NCBI GenBank assembly: GCA_024626585.2
Contig: JANKJI020000002.1
Location: 191,179,616 to 191,197,494, forward strand
Length of the DNA: 17,879 nucleotides
DNA from: Ginkgo biloba
Lineage: Eukaryota > Plantae > Ginkgophyta
Direction: 5' to 3'
Part shown: positions 1 to 9,925 of the stretch, piece after piece
Layout: each line of letters starts with the position of its first letter
How positions within the stretch are numbered: the first letter of the stretch is position 1
Position numbers and translations under genes: made by a program
Notes under the pieces: model-generated
The model's input: the letters and a program-made list of their open reading frames with translations, nothing else
Database searches by the model: none
What the model was told of the DNA's origin: nothing

Positions 1-324
1 TTACTATTTTCAAGCTGACCTCACCTTCATTGGAGGTCATAAATGGTTTCAGATCTACTATAAATGCACTCAATCCACCAGTAATGTGGTTTGTCCATAG
101 TATTGACATTAGCAAGTTCATCATATTAGTAACAAATTCTATAGTACATGTAATAATTGCCTGTGTGGAAGCTCACATCAATGTTGATCTCTCCTTTTGC
201 TGCTAAAATCTCTTCGGCCAATGGTCTTCTGCCACATCTCAATTTTTCCTAATAACACATAAGCAATCCCATACAAGCNNNNNNNNNNNNNNNNNNNNNN
301 NNNNNNNNNNNNNNNNNNNNNNNN

Positions 325-2480
325 GTCATCTTACTCAGCTATCACAATGGCAAAGATGTAATCATTTTCACACTAAGTGGTAGGCAAACCACCTAAAGAG
401 TCCATTCAGATAGACTCCAAGTTCTATTGGGCACTCATTAAGGTTGATACTTTCCAAGTTACATTGGAAAAGGGTGGGCTATGCAACATAAAACACGTCT
501 CACATGCCTCTCCACAGTTGATTGCATCCTAAGCCAATAAAATAACTTCCATAAATGCAGTAGTCTTTACTCCAAAGTGACATCAAACTATAGAACGGCA
601 CGCCCCTCATACCAACTATGATCTGGGACTTCCACATGCACTCAATCTATACATTGAAAATCTCTACAAGTAACCTCTTTCTAAAATTCAGAATCTTTAA
701 GCTTTACCCCAACGAGTTTAAAATATGTCATCTATATACATATATTTCCATTCCACATATCCAAAGCATTTTGTGCCCAAGACATGAATCTACAAATGCA
801 TAGGAAGTCTATTGAAGAAGTCTTCTACTTGTTCCCACTCCTCTTTTTGTACTTTATCACAATATAATAATTGTTAAACAAATCCCTTCCACTTGACTAC
901 AGGGTGACGCTCCTTTTTCTGAGAATATAGAAATTGTAGTGGTTGATGATTTGATGAATAAATGCATCCTTTCCAAGAAAATAATGCTTCCAATGTTTCA
1001 ATACCTGAACAATAGTGAGATAACCTTTATATCAGGTAGTAGAATTTTGTATTATAGCTGAATATGATTCTATGTATTAGGAAATTTGCCCAACTATGCA
1101 ACAATTGCACCAATAGCATTGTCTTGATCCATCTACTTCAACCCCAAAAGGCAACTACAAATTTGGCATTACCAAAACTAGAGTTGTACACAACTTATGC
1201 TTCAAGGCATCAAAAACATTTTGTTTTTAATTGAGGGGAAAAACTAATTCTTAAATACCATGTAAAAACCTATAAAAATTAGCAAGTACAAGAATACTGT
1301 GAAACTCATAAACATTAGTAGGTGTAGAACAATTTATCAAAAACTCAATCTTAGATGGGTTAACCTTTAAGCCATTCTCATCGATAATTAATTCCAAGTG
1401 AAAATAATATGCATGTCAAAAGCATGCATTGGCTTGTAATTCATTCTCCCTCATTTTTTTGCGACTATGAACATGCACAAGGTACTCCCAAGTACAATGA
1501 TAAATTAGTGTGCCATAGAAATAGACCCAACAAAAAAANNNNNNNNNNNNNNNNNNNNAACATAGTTGGTGCATTGGTCAATCCAATGGCATAACAAGCC
1601 TCTCATAAAGCCCCTAACTAGTCTTGGTAGTTGCCTTCCAAATATCCTCCTCTTTAATCCTCACTTCATAATATTATAATTTCAACCCAATCTTTCTAAG
1701 ATATTTACCCCCATGCAACTGATCATGCAATTCATTAATCCTAAGATGTCATGTATCATCTTCTGTTTGCACAAGTATGAATGGTGATTTGCATGGTGAA
1801 ATAATAGGTTTGATGTGACCCTTCTACAACAACTCTTCTAATTGTCTCATGATTGCTTCATGCTGCAGGAAACATTTTTTGTAATGTACACCATTACGCA
1901 ATGGTACTCTTTCCAAAAGATCAACAATGTGAGCTATAGGCCTCTCTAATGGCAAGCCATCTAGCTCATAAAATACATCTACATAATCCTACAAGATATC
2001 ATCCAATTGATGTCTTTACTCCTCACTTTATATGGTTTCCCTCAAATCTATCTTAGTCTCACCATTACACTCTCACTATGATTAACACAAATTTCCATGA
2101 AACTTGTAGAAAGCATTTAGCTTCTGCATTGAAAACCAATATTGAAAAGCTCAATGGAGAAATTGATTTAATAATAACAAAATAACCAATCTTATGCAAC
2201 CTATACTTTCCCTCATAAGGTATAATCTCTGCCCACCTATCATCAAAGAGAATAGTGCCCAACAACACACTAGAGCAATCACTGGATAGAATATCACATG
2301 TAATCTCATCCACATACTTCTTAATGATGGAAAACTTGAACTTGCATTATAAAGTTACCTTATCACTATCCTCTTTGATGCCCCCACTATAGATGTCACT
2401 ATCCAATTCTTTTGGCTCCCATTATCTAGAATCGTCAATACCACTTTCTTCTTGGCATGCATCTTCAAATAAGAAGTTTG
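325..2480 (-). mobile_element. pol: Degenerate Ty3/Gypsy LTR-retrotransposon pol (protease-RT-RNase H-integrase), chromovirus-branch-like motif style
   Basis: Minus-strand translation gives the domains in Ty3/Gypsy order. Protease: ILDNGSQKN (D at 2424-2426) and DEITCDI..SVLLG (2065-2313). RT: [57 protein letters not shown] (1561-1860), with the catalytic YLDD decayed to YFYG (1512-1523). RNase H: LTIVQVLKHWKHYFLGK and KWKGFV*Q..IVIKYKK (840-1140). Integrase core start: ESI*MDSLGGLPTT*CENDYIFAIV (325-420). Many stops and frameshifts. Confidence 0.93.
1300..1900 (-). pseudogene. Reverse transcriptase domain remnant (Ty3/Gypsy), catalytically dead
   Basis: The translation matches the canonical [45 protein letters not shown] string with substitutions. 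VYFYGTLIY aligns to VYLDDILIY. Confidence 0.9.
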
Positions 2481-2943
2481 TCTCCAAATTTTTTTAGTTC
2501 CTTTCTAATCTCTAAAGCTAAGGATGAATCTAGCTCATTTGAAGCAAAGTTTACCTTTAATTCGCTCATTCTTCTTCATATTGCCTTTCATACACAAAGA
2601 CTTTAATGCTTTTTCTAGATGTAACTTATGTTAGCAAGAACTGTGTGCCACATGGTAGACAACCCTTGGCGGCCAATTCCAAGCAACATCCAAACATTAC
2701 AAAATCATTCAGTATGATATCAGTAGATTAATCAACAATTGTCATGCAACAAGTCACATTTGATACACAACAAACCATAAATAATGCTTGTAAATCGTGT
2801 GTGACATGGCAACAACAAAATATGATGGTAATAGGATGGCATAGGGTGACATCGAGCCACATGTGTGGTTGTGCATTACTAGGATGATGTCAACCCTACA
2901 ACTAATGACATCAACAAGATCACATGGATCAAGAGGCATTTAA

Positions 2944-3820
2944 TGTTGAATCTATGGCACAATTAATGTATAGTTATGACACATTAAATGATGAAATAGA
3001 AGAAGTGGTAGAATCGAAAATTATGTTGTAATTAGTGGTACAATGATGATGTGATAATCAACAGTCCAGGACACATTTATTAGGCGCATTACATGAGCAT
3101 TTAATGAATTACTAATGTAGCATTAAAAAGAGACATGTCTAGGGTTATGGTATTCATATTAAAAGATCATCTCAATGGGCATTTATGATAGTCAAATCAT
3201 TATTAATAGGAGAAAGGATAAGGATGGAAGATGTGAGAGTCAAGAATAAATGCATAGGCATAGGTGTGGGAGGCCCATCCTTGTATTTAATGGCATGTAT
3301 TCGTTATTCATAAAGTAATGAATGAAAATTGTACCCCATATTGTGTTATCCATAGTTGCACAGGTGTCGAGAAATGCCAAAATTTTCACTTGATGGAAAT
3401 GTCAAAAGTGGGTTTCCCAAAAAGTGCAAAATACGAGGTAGAAAACATATTACAAAATGTAAGTTATTTTTCTCAAAGTAACTATTGTTTCTAAATTTCC
3501 TATAGTAAATTATAGATTGAATGTTTAAGCTTAAGTTGTTTTTCGAGTTACAAATTATATTAGTCATTTAAAAAGTTGTAAATTATGTCATTTTGTTTAA
3601 CACACAATTTTAAAAGTGAAGCTTCCAAGAAGTTTCCAATAGGGTGACAGTTTCCATTATGGGCAATGGCACAAAAGGCTCAAAAGATCTCATAAATGAA
3701 TTTCCATGCAACTATGGTGTTATCATACTTGTGCCTGTGAACAATGGTGTGTACATATAATTAATGCATGTCTATCTATCTACTAGGATACTAACGTGAG
3801 AGACCCTAAATTAGTCAACA
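2944..3820 (+). mobile_element. Putative LTR (5' LTR of a plus-strand LTR retrotransposon), interrupted by a MITE
   Basis: Begins TGTTGA (2944) and ends TCAACA (3820), a 6-bp terminal inverted repeat with TG...CA ends. It is followed immediately by a PBS-like sequence. Length is ~503 bp once the MITE and one TSD copy are removed. No matching partner LTR was found in the window, so the 5' boundary is tentative. Confidence 0.6.
3351..3716. mobile_element. Non-autonomous hAT-superfamily DNA transposon (MITE), 366 bp
   Basis: Perfect 10-bp TIRs: CATAGTTGCA (3351-3360) and TGCAACTATG (3707-3716). Exact 8-bp target-site duplication GTGTTATC (3343-3350 and 3717-3724). The interior is AT-rich and non-coding, with repeated subterminal GAAATG/GTTTCC-type motifs. 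An 8-bp TSD is characteristic of hAT elements. Confidence 0.9.
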
Positions 3821-3840
3821 TTTGGTTTTGTTGCTAAGAC
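3821..3840 (+). promoter_or_regulatory. Degenerate primer-binding site (Athila-type, tRNA-Asp-like)
   Basis: TTTGGTTTTGTTGCTAAGAC sits directly after the LTR-ending CA. It resembles the Athila PBS TGGCGCCGTTGCCGGGGA, with mostly C>T and G>A changes. Confidence 0.45.
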
Positions 3841-4609
3841 TCTCTAGTGAGAACGGTGGAAACATGTCCAAGTAGAAAGTGGGTATAGTCTCCCATCGAG
3901 TAGACTAGCAATAACAACAAGCTGATGTTACAAATCCCACAAACCCTAGCTAAGGAAGATAGTTTGTGTTGTAACTAAACCCACCCCTACTCATGGGGTC
4001 TTCCAATGTCGCTAAGAGGTCAATGGGTCATGTCAAAGAAAACCAAAGGCATACGACAAAATTGCTAGAAGAAGGAACAAGTAAGAACTGAAAAAAGGAA
4101 ACCATATAACATGGTTAACCACAAAAAAATAAGACTTGTGAAGAGGGCAAATGAAAGAATCTTGATGCTCAGGGAAAAATAGAAGAGGCCACCCCTACAA
4201 GAGCAAGCAATTATAACAATACTATCCTCTACACCACAATAGGAGAATCCCAAACTTGAATCAAGTCAAGAAATAATTGAATTTTGTTAATGTACGCAAA
4301 TTGAATGGCATAAGCTCCAAGCTGAGAGCCGTAGAAAAAACATGGCAGAGCCCCAACCTCATTGGCAAGGCATGTGGAAACTCTTGGTTTTCAAGACCCA
4401 TACATTTACAATGAAGAAGTTATAACAACTTTGCAACTAAAGAAGAGTTCAACACTCATATTTAAACATAAGTATCCCAAACCCAGTAGAGCCACCAATC
4501 TCCAACCAAGAATCACCAATTGTAGCATAGACTATTAGAAAGAAACCATTGTAATGTAGAATGGTAGGTAACAAGTCCTACCAAGTCCCTAAACTCTCAT
4601 CATGACTAA

Positions 4610-4870
4610 TAGGTAAACAATAACAACACATTTAACAATAATGACTTTAGTTGTTATCATCTTAGTAGTAATAACGATAAGGAGGGAGGTTACCGAAATG
4701 CCTTCAATAGTAATAATAATAATATTGGTGGTTACCAAAACATCTTTAACAATACCCAAGGCAATTGCAAGAACACCTTGGATAATAATAACTCTGCCAA
4801 TCACCACAACATATTCAATGGTAACAACAACTTTGAATGGTAAAATAATACCTTCAACACTAACAAACCT
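4610..4870 (+). repeat. Low-complexity AAT/AAC-rich tract; Asn-rich (GGYxNxFNNN) decayed coding repeat, probably gag-associated
   Basis: One frame reads NNNNTFNNNDFS..NNDKEGGYRNAFNSNNNNIGGYQNIFNNTQGNCKNTLDNNNSANHHNIFNGNNNF. It lies downstream of the LTR/PBS in the same orientation. Confidence 0.55.
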
Positions 4871-5459
4871 NNNNNNNNNNNNNNNNNNNNNNNNNNNNNN
4901 NNNNNNNNNNNNNNNNNNNNNNNNNNNNNNNNNGAGGAACACTACTAAACCTAAGCTTAATGATGGGACCCAGTTGCAAATTTTACACATGTTGGTTAAA
5001 CCCCATGCAAAGGTGCTTAGGAGGGAGAAAACTATGAAGAGTAAGGCCAAGAGGGTATATCAACAAAGGGCTTCATAGGGTTTGGGGTAGCCCTAGGAGT
5101 GAGTCCAACCCTATGTGGGGGTTAGTGTCCTTTCTTTTTGCATAAATAAGGTTTATCCACGTTCAGTTAACCCTTAAATATATTCTCTCTATCTCCATGT
5201 GATCTCCTAATGATGGCTTCCTCATTCTACGACTTCATAAGGTATATTAAGGCACTAGTTGTTTTCTACATAGTTGAACCTGATTCTTTGCATTTATGGT
5301 AGATTTTTTAAGGTATTTTCACCAAAGGAGTGCTCAAATCTCTTCTACAAGAAAAGGTGATCACAGCCAAACGATTAGTATAGACTAAGGAGGCTTTGTG
5401 GGGCCCACTATACCTCTAAAGGAAGTCACAACACTTTTGAGTACACTGGCGAACTATTT

Positions 5460-5603
5460 TGCATTGTCATTGTGCATTAACAACATATTCTGCACTATCA
5501 CTATGCATTAACAATATATCCTGCACTATCACTACACATTAACATCTCATTCTACATTATCACTATGCATTAATAGTCTGTCCTACACTATCACTACGCA
5601 TTG
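5460..5603. repeat. 31-bp tandem repeat (minisatellite), ~4.6 copies
   Basis: Units start at 5460, 5491, 5522, 5553 and 5584: tgcattgtcattgtgcattaacaacatattc / tgcactatcactatgcattaacaatatatcc / tgcactatcactacacattaacatctcattc / tacattatcactatgcattaatagtctgtcc / tacactatcactacgcattg. Confidence 0.92.
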
Positions 5604-6009
5604 AATACCAAAATATGTAAAGGCGTTGCAATCTAGGAGGAGGAGCTAAGATGTTTTGACTCCAAGTATCACTTGGCATCTTCAGATTTTTTGTATTCAT
5701 GAGATAATTACCATATTCATAAGTATGTAATTTGACCTTAGTATTTTGCATTATATGTGCATGGGTGCAATCAAGTTAGAGAGTTCTATGAAGGAATTAT
5801 TATAGTTTCTTCTAGAGCCATCTAGAATATCATTCAAGGTATGCAAGCCATATTTATTGTTAGTGTGCATACTATAACTTGTTAGCAAATCAAATATTTC
5901 CTCATGTAATGTAAATATTACTGCAACATTCTTTCTCTAGTTTCTATGCATGTTATTATTCTTTGTGCATTGTATTTTCCATTACTTTTTGTATTTATTC
6001 ATCTGGCCA

Positions 6010-7219
6010 ACATTTGGACTGGAGAGAGATTCAAAATTTTCCCAACTAATTAACTAGGCTTGAAGTAATATTTATTTTTCTTGCACTTTTATCTAAAGAG
6101 AATAATTAACTAGGATTGAAATAATTACATGATTAAAAATGATGACCTTTAAGGGTTCAACCCAAAAAGCAACATTACATCTATTTTTTCATATCTAGAA
6201 CATGACCTCTACCCTAAGAATGTTCTAGCCTTGATGGAAAAAAGTAGGCCAAGGGTTAAGATCTAAAAATATAGTAGAGAGCTAGTTAAAGAGATGGGTT
6301 TAAAGGGGAGAAACAAATTTCTTCTACCTATTTCCACCAAGGTTTGACTCCATTACACATTTTGAGAGAGATTAAGAGTTGTCCCAGGTTGCCCATATAA
6401 GAGGCAATTACTATCATATCCCTCCATCTTCATTAGGCTATTTTTGGTAGAAAGCCATTGATGCATCAAAGACTATATAAAAAATGGATTTTGGGGGTTT
6501 AAGGGGCCTTTTCACATNNNNNNNNNNNNNNNCCTCTCAAACCTTTAGTTCTTAGTAGCCTTAAAGCACACATAATTATGTTTAGCACTAAGCTTATTGA
6601 CGAGGTCAATATTGGGCTCAATCAAGCTATACTGATTGGGACATAAAAGCTTTGGTCATGGTTTAAGAAATGTTATAAGCCTAGTCTTTTAACCAAACCT
6701 TAGGAGGATTAACTATCATCTTGATCTTAAAATAATATAGAATCATAGATAAATNNNNNNNNNNNNNNNNNNNNNNNNNATAGCTTGAATTCTGCGTTAA
6801 TAAGCTCCTAATATTTCTATTGATTGGTTGCAAAGCCATGGATATTTATTAGGGTTTGGATGTCCTTTCTAAAGAATCTAATGCAATTGAACCACTTAAC
6901 CTCCATAAGGCCCTTATTGCCATCTATTATAATAGGGGGGGACTAAATGGATTGACGTGTTATTTAGAGACCTCTTGTAAGATCCATGCCTCCTTGATTA
7001 CAGAAGAGTTTACAAGTCTCCCAACCTTGGCAAATATATTTAAAGATAATGGATCTTAGAAAATCAAGCTTGGTAGGGGTCAAAATCAAAGAGCATATGG
7101 CAAGTCTTTCAAACACTACTTATTGAAGGAGCATCCTATAATAATATTCTTCCAATTACACATTTTTCAAGCCTTATTACTAGAGAGGGCTCTAACAATC
7201 CATTCAACACATAGGGCTA
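6010..7219 (-). mobile_element. Degenerate L1-type LINE ORF2, C-terminal part (post-RT region, zf-RVT-like cysteine motif, terminal IWKxRN motif)
   Basis: Minus-strand translation, with the expected L1 motif in brackets: IALCVEWIVRALSSNKA*K (ALxxKWIxRAL.GNEPWK); RSIIFKYICQGWE (GSxxFKSIWKAWE); M*KGPLNPQNPFFI*SLMHQWLSTKNSLMKMEGYDSNCLLYGQPGT..CNGVKPWWK (zf-RVT W..PK..F.W..LPT..C..C..E..H..C..W); ILRVEVMF*I*KNRCNVAF (LWxIWKxRNxxxF). Confidence 0.8.
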
Positions 7220-7602
7220 TGTTGACAGGAAAATCATTGGAGTGTGAGTTTCTCGAACAACATCACAATTAGGTCATTATGTTAAACTATCTGATAATAA
7301 TGAACTTAGGGGAATAGATCTAATTGAGGTGTTAGATCAACTAGACAAGTCTCATAGCTAAGGCATTACGAGGAGTATTAGGGAAGAATAACTATCATTA
7401 AGGGATAATCTGGAGGTGAGACCTAGTAAGCCAGATTAATAATGTATTGTAAAGATGCTCCTAGTCATTTTGTTGACTGATAGTNNNNNNNNNNNNNNNN
7501 NNNNNNNNNNNNNNNNNNNNNNNNNGGTATTGTTTACAGATTATGGTAATTTAAATTGCATGTTATTTCAGTGAGTTCTATAGGTCTGTGTTTATTGTAA
7601 CA
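7220..7602. mobile_element. Possible LTR fragment or solo LTR abutting the LINE remnant
   Basis: LINE coding similarity stops exactly at TGTTGACAGG (7220), and the segment ends ...TGTAACA (7602), giving TGTT/AACA termini. No matching TSD, and the segment contains an N gap. Confidence 0.3.
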
Positions 7603-8198
7603 AAATAATAAAAAAAAGCAACAACTCCTCATTGATCAATTTGCATATTTAGGAAGGTTATGGATCATTTTTGTTTATTAGTTAAATAATAATATAATTT
7701 TAATTCAAAAAATATAACAATGAGCATAATAGATCACAAACATGCATTTAAAGAATTAAACATTCAAATGAGTTAAAAATAGACAACACACAAAATATGA
7801 AAATAAAAAAGGATCAACCAATAGAGTTAAATAAATGAGCACATTCCATTGGTAAATCACCTACACCTGTGAATGAAATTTTTCCCCTCTAGTTCACCTG
7901 ACTTGATATCCCCGTAGTAGCTGAAAGTCATATAAGATGCCCATGGGAAAAGGAAAGAAATATAGAATCCACTTGGCTATGGCGGCACTAAAGGGAAGCC
8001 AGATGGTTGTGCAGAAGATGAAGGCAGCAACAGAGGGAGAGATTTTATGCATAAGGATAAGGACGATGAAGTATGAGCATGTAGGAGAGATATGGCAACT
8101 TGCCTCAATCACCAACAATGGAGAGAACAAACCTGAACAAAGGTAGCAAAACTCTGTTTGAAAGCGTGTAGTCCACGCGGCCCTCCCAGGTAAGAAAA

Positions 8199-8218
8199 CA
8201 CACACACACACACACACA
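8199..8218. repeat. (CA)10 microsatellite
   Basis: Read directly: cacacacacacacacacaca. Confidence 0.95.
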
Positions 8219-8477
8219 GAGAGGATTATAAAATATATGAATAAATTTACACTTTGAAAATAGAGTTGATTGCATTAAGTACTATGCATCATCTTCTCTC
8301 ACACTTTNNNNNNNNNNNNNNNNNNNNNNNNNNNNNNNNNNNNNNNNNNNNNNNNNNNNNNNNNNNNNNNNNNNNNNNNNNNNNNNNNNNNNNNNNNNNN
8401 NNNNNNNCTATGGATGTCATGTCATCGTTTGTTGTCATTAGATGCATTATGTCATTAGTTTGCGTTATTTGTCGGGG

Positions 8478-9925
8478 ATGAGTATCTTGCAAACATCTAT
8501 CATCCATGGGCCGATCTATTAATGGCTAGTATTGTTGCAAGATTTTAAATTTTGAATTGTGGTGTTACTTGGGGAGGTCTCATGGGGCAGTTGATCACTT
8601 TATCTTTAGATTGAGTTAAGAAAATTTCTAATGGGTGCTGGTGGCAGTTTTTTGGATTTTGAATTTTTAAGTGATTGCCATCCCAAAATGCTATTAAGGT
8701 TTTGTTGATTACTTCTCGATAGGCACGTTCCTTGATGATGTTAGTCATTGAGAGACGAGAAGTTGCCAAGAAAGCCGACCCATTTTAACTGATTGGCTTG
8801 TTATACAAAATAGGTCTTGATTAGGTATTGCTTAGTGTATAATGCTAGAAGAAGTGGAGAAAGTAATTTGGGAGGTGCATGCGGGACTAGCTGAGGGACA
8901 CATGGGACATGAACTAACGACACGCAAAATTTTGCTTGTTGGATTGTGTTGGCCTAGGGTATTTCAAGATGCCAAAGATTATGTAGAGCAATGCGACATC
9001 TATCTACCTACAAGATGTCCATTTAAGGACTTCATCCCACAACACCCAACCCTACTACAATAACTTTTTGAAAATTGGAGACTTGACCTCATTACACACT
9101 TTAAGCATCAATCCAAAGAAAGAAGATGTCCATATATTGTTGTTGCTACTAAATATCTAACATAATGGATGAAATCTCAAGCCTTGCCAGACAATTTGAC
9201 ATGACAGAATACCACTGAAATTATTTATGAATATGTGATAAGTCACTTTGGATGTCCATTGAAACTGACTAGTGATCAGGGAGAACATTTTATTAATCAT
9301 ATTATTCACTAGCTGAGGACGGAAATCAAGATTACAAATCACAAAGTCTAAACCCTATCATCCTTGAGCAAATGAACAAGTTGAGTAAACAACTAAAGTA
9401 TCAGTGGCTATATCGTATACAATATGTGGAATCAATCAGACATACTCGGTAGATAGACTTCCCATAGCAGTTTGGTCATTCAAGAGTGCATACAAGGTAA
9501 CAACTAGACATGCCCATTTTCTATTGGTCTATGAATAGGAGGAAGTAACGCCATTACAACTTGTGATTTCTAGTCTGTGCATTCCTTTTGGATAATTAAA
9601 GATGATCCCACTAGTTTACAGAAAAAAATAGATAAGTTACTACACAAACGACAGCTAGTGGCTCAATGGGTGACATACATAGCACAAAAGCATTGAAAGC
9701 ACTGGCATGATAAGCATCTTAAGAAGCAAAATATTCATATGGGCTCACAGGTATTGAGATATGATGGTACATATGTATTTAAGCTTCGTAAGTTGAAGAT
9801 TAAGTGGCTTGCTACATTTGTGATAACCCAAATTCATCAAAATGGCATGGCACAACTATTGAATCTGGAAGGTTCCTCAGAGGAAGGAAAACATATGGAT
9901 TGAGATTGAAATTGTATCACCCATT
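8478..9925 (+). mobile_element. pol: Degenerate Ty3/Gypsy (non-chromovirus, Athila/Tat-like) pol 3' half: RNase H end, H2C2 zinc finger, rve integrase core and C-terminus
   Basis: RH end: WLVLLQDFKF*IVV..GRSHGAVDH. H2C2 finger (ORF 8842-9063): EVHAGLAEGHMGHELTTRKILLVGLCWPRVFQDAKDYVEQCD. rve core: FENWRLDLI..YIVVATKYLT*W..ALPDN and ISHFGCPLKLTSDQGEHFINH. C-terminus: WLATFVITQIHQNGMAQL and YGLRLKLYHP (compare VNGQRLKHY). Confidence 0.93.

Noticed and set aside
1-278. Continuation of the first integrase core
   Set aside because: Only faint hints (LYGI.., WIECIYSRS) are visible, too decayed to support extending the feature.
618-3567. Short ORFs at 618-803, 1409-1594, 2754-2939 and 3346-3567 as genes
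   Set aside because: They are antisense to decayed pol or lie inside non-coding or MITE sequence, and show no recognisable protein motifs.
4589-5078. Hydrophobic 153-aa and 145-aa ORFs as membrane proteins
   Set aside because: They are off-frame or antisense readings of the AAT/AAC low-complexity tract, and they span an N gap.
5074-5115. Hairpin CATAGGGTTTGG...CCAACCCTATG as a Helitron 3' end or terminator
   Set aside because: There is no CTRR terminus at the proper spacing and no U-tract, and it is a single imperfect 11-bp stem.
5460-5603. CRISPR-like repeat-spacer appearance
   Set aside because: The 'spacers' are only 10 nt and related to each other, the repeats are degenerate, there are no cas genes, and the context is eukaryotic TE sequence. 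It is a minisatellite.
5610-7607. AAATA|TG...CA|AAATA, suggesting one element with a 5-bp TSD spanning 5615-7602
   Set aside because: The two end segments share no visible similarity as paired LTRs, and AAATA matches by chance easily in AT-rich DNA.
7965-8110. miR169/miR399-like words (TAGCCAAG, GGCAAGTTGCC on the minus strand)
   Set aside because: These are only partial 8-11 nt matches, not arranged as a mature/star duplex.
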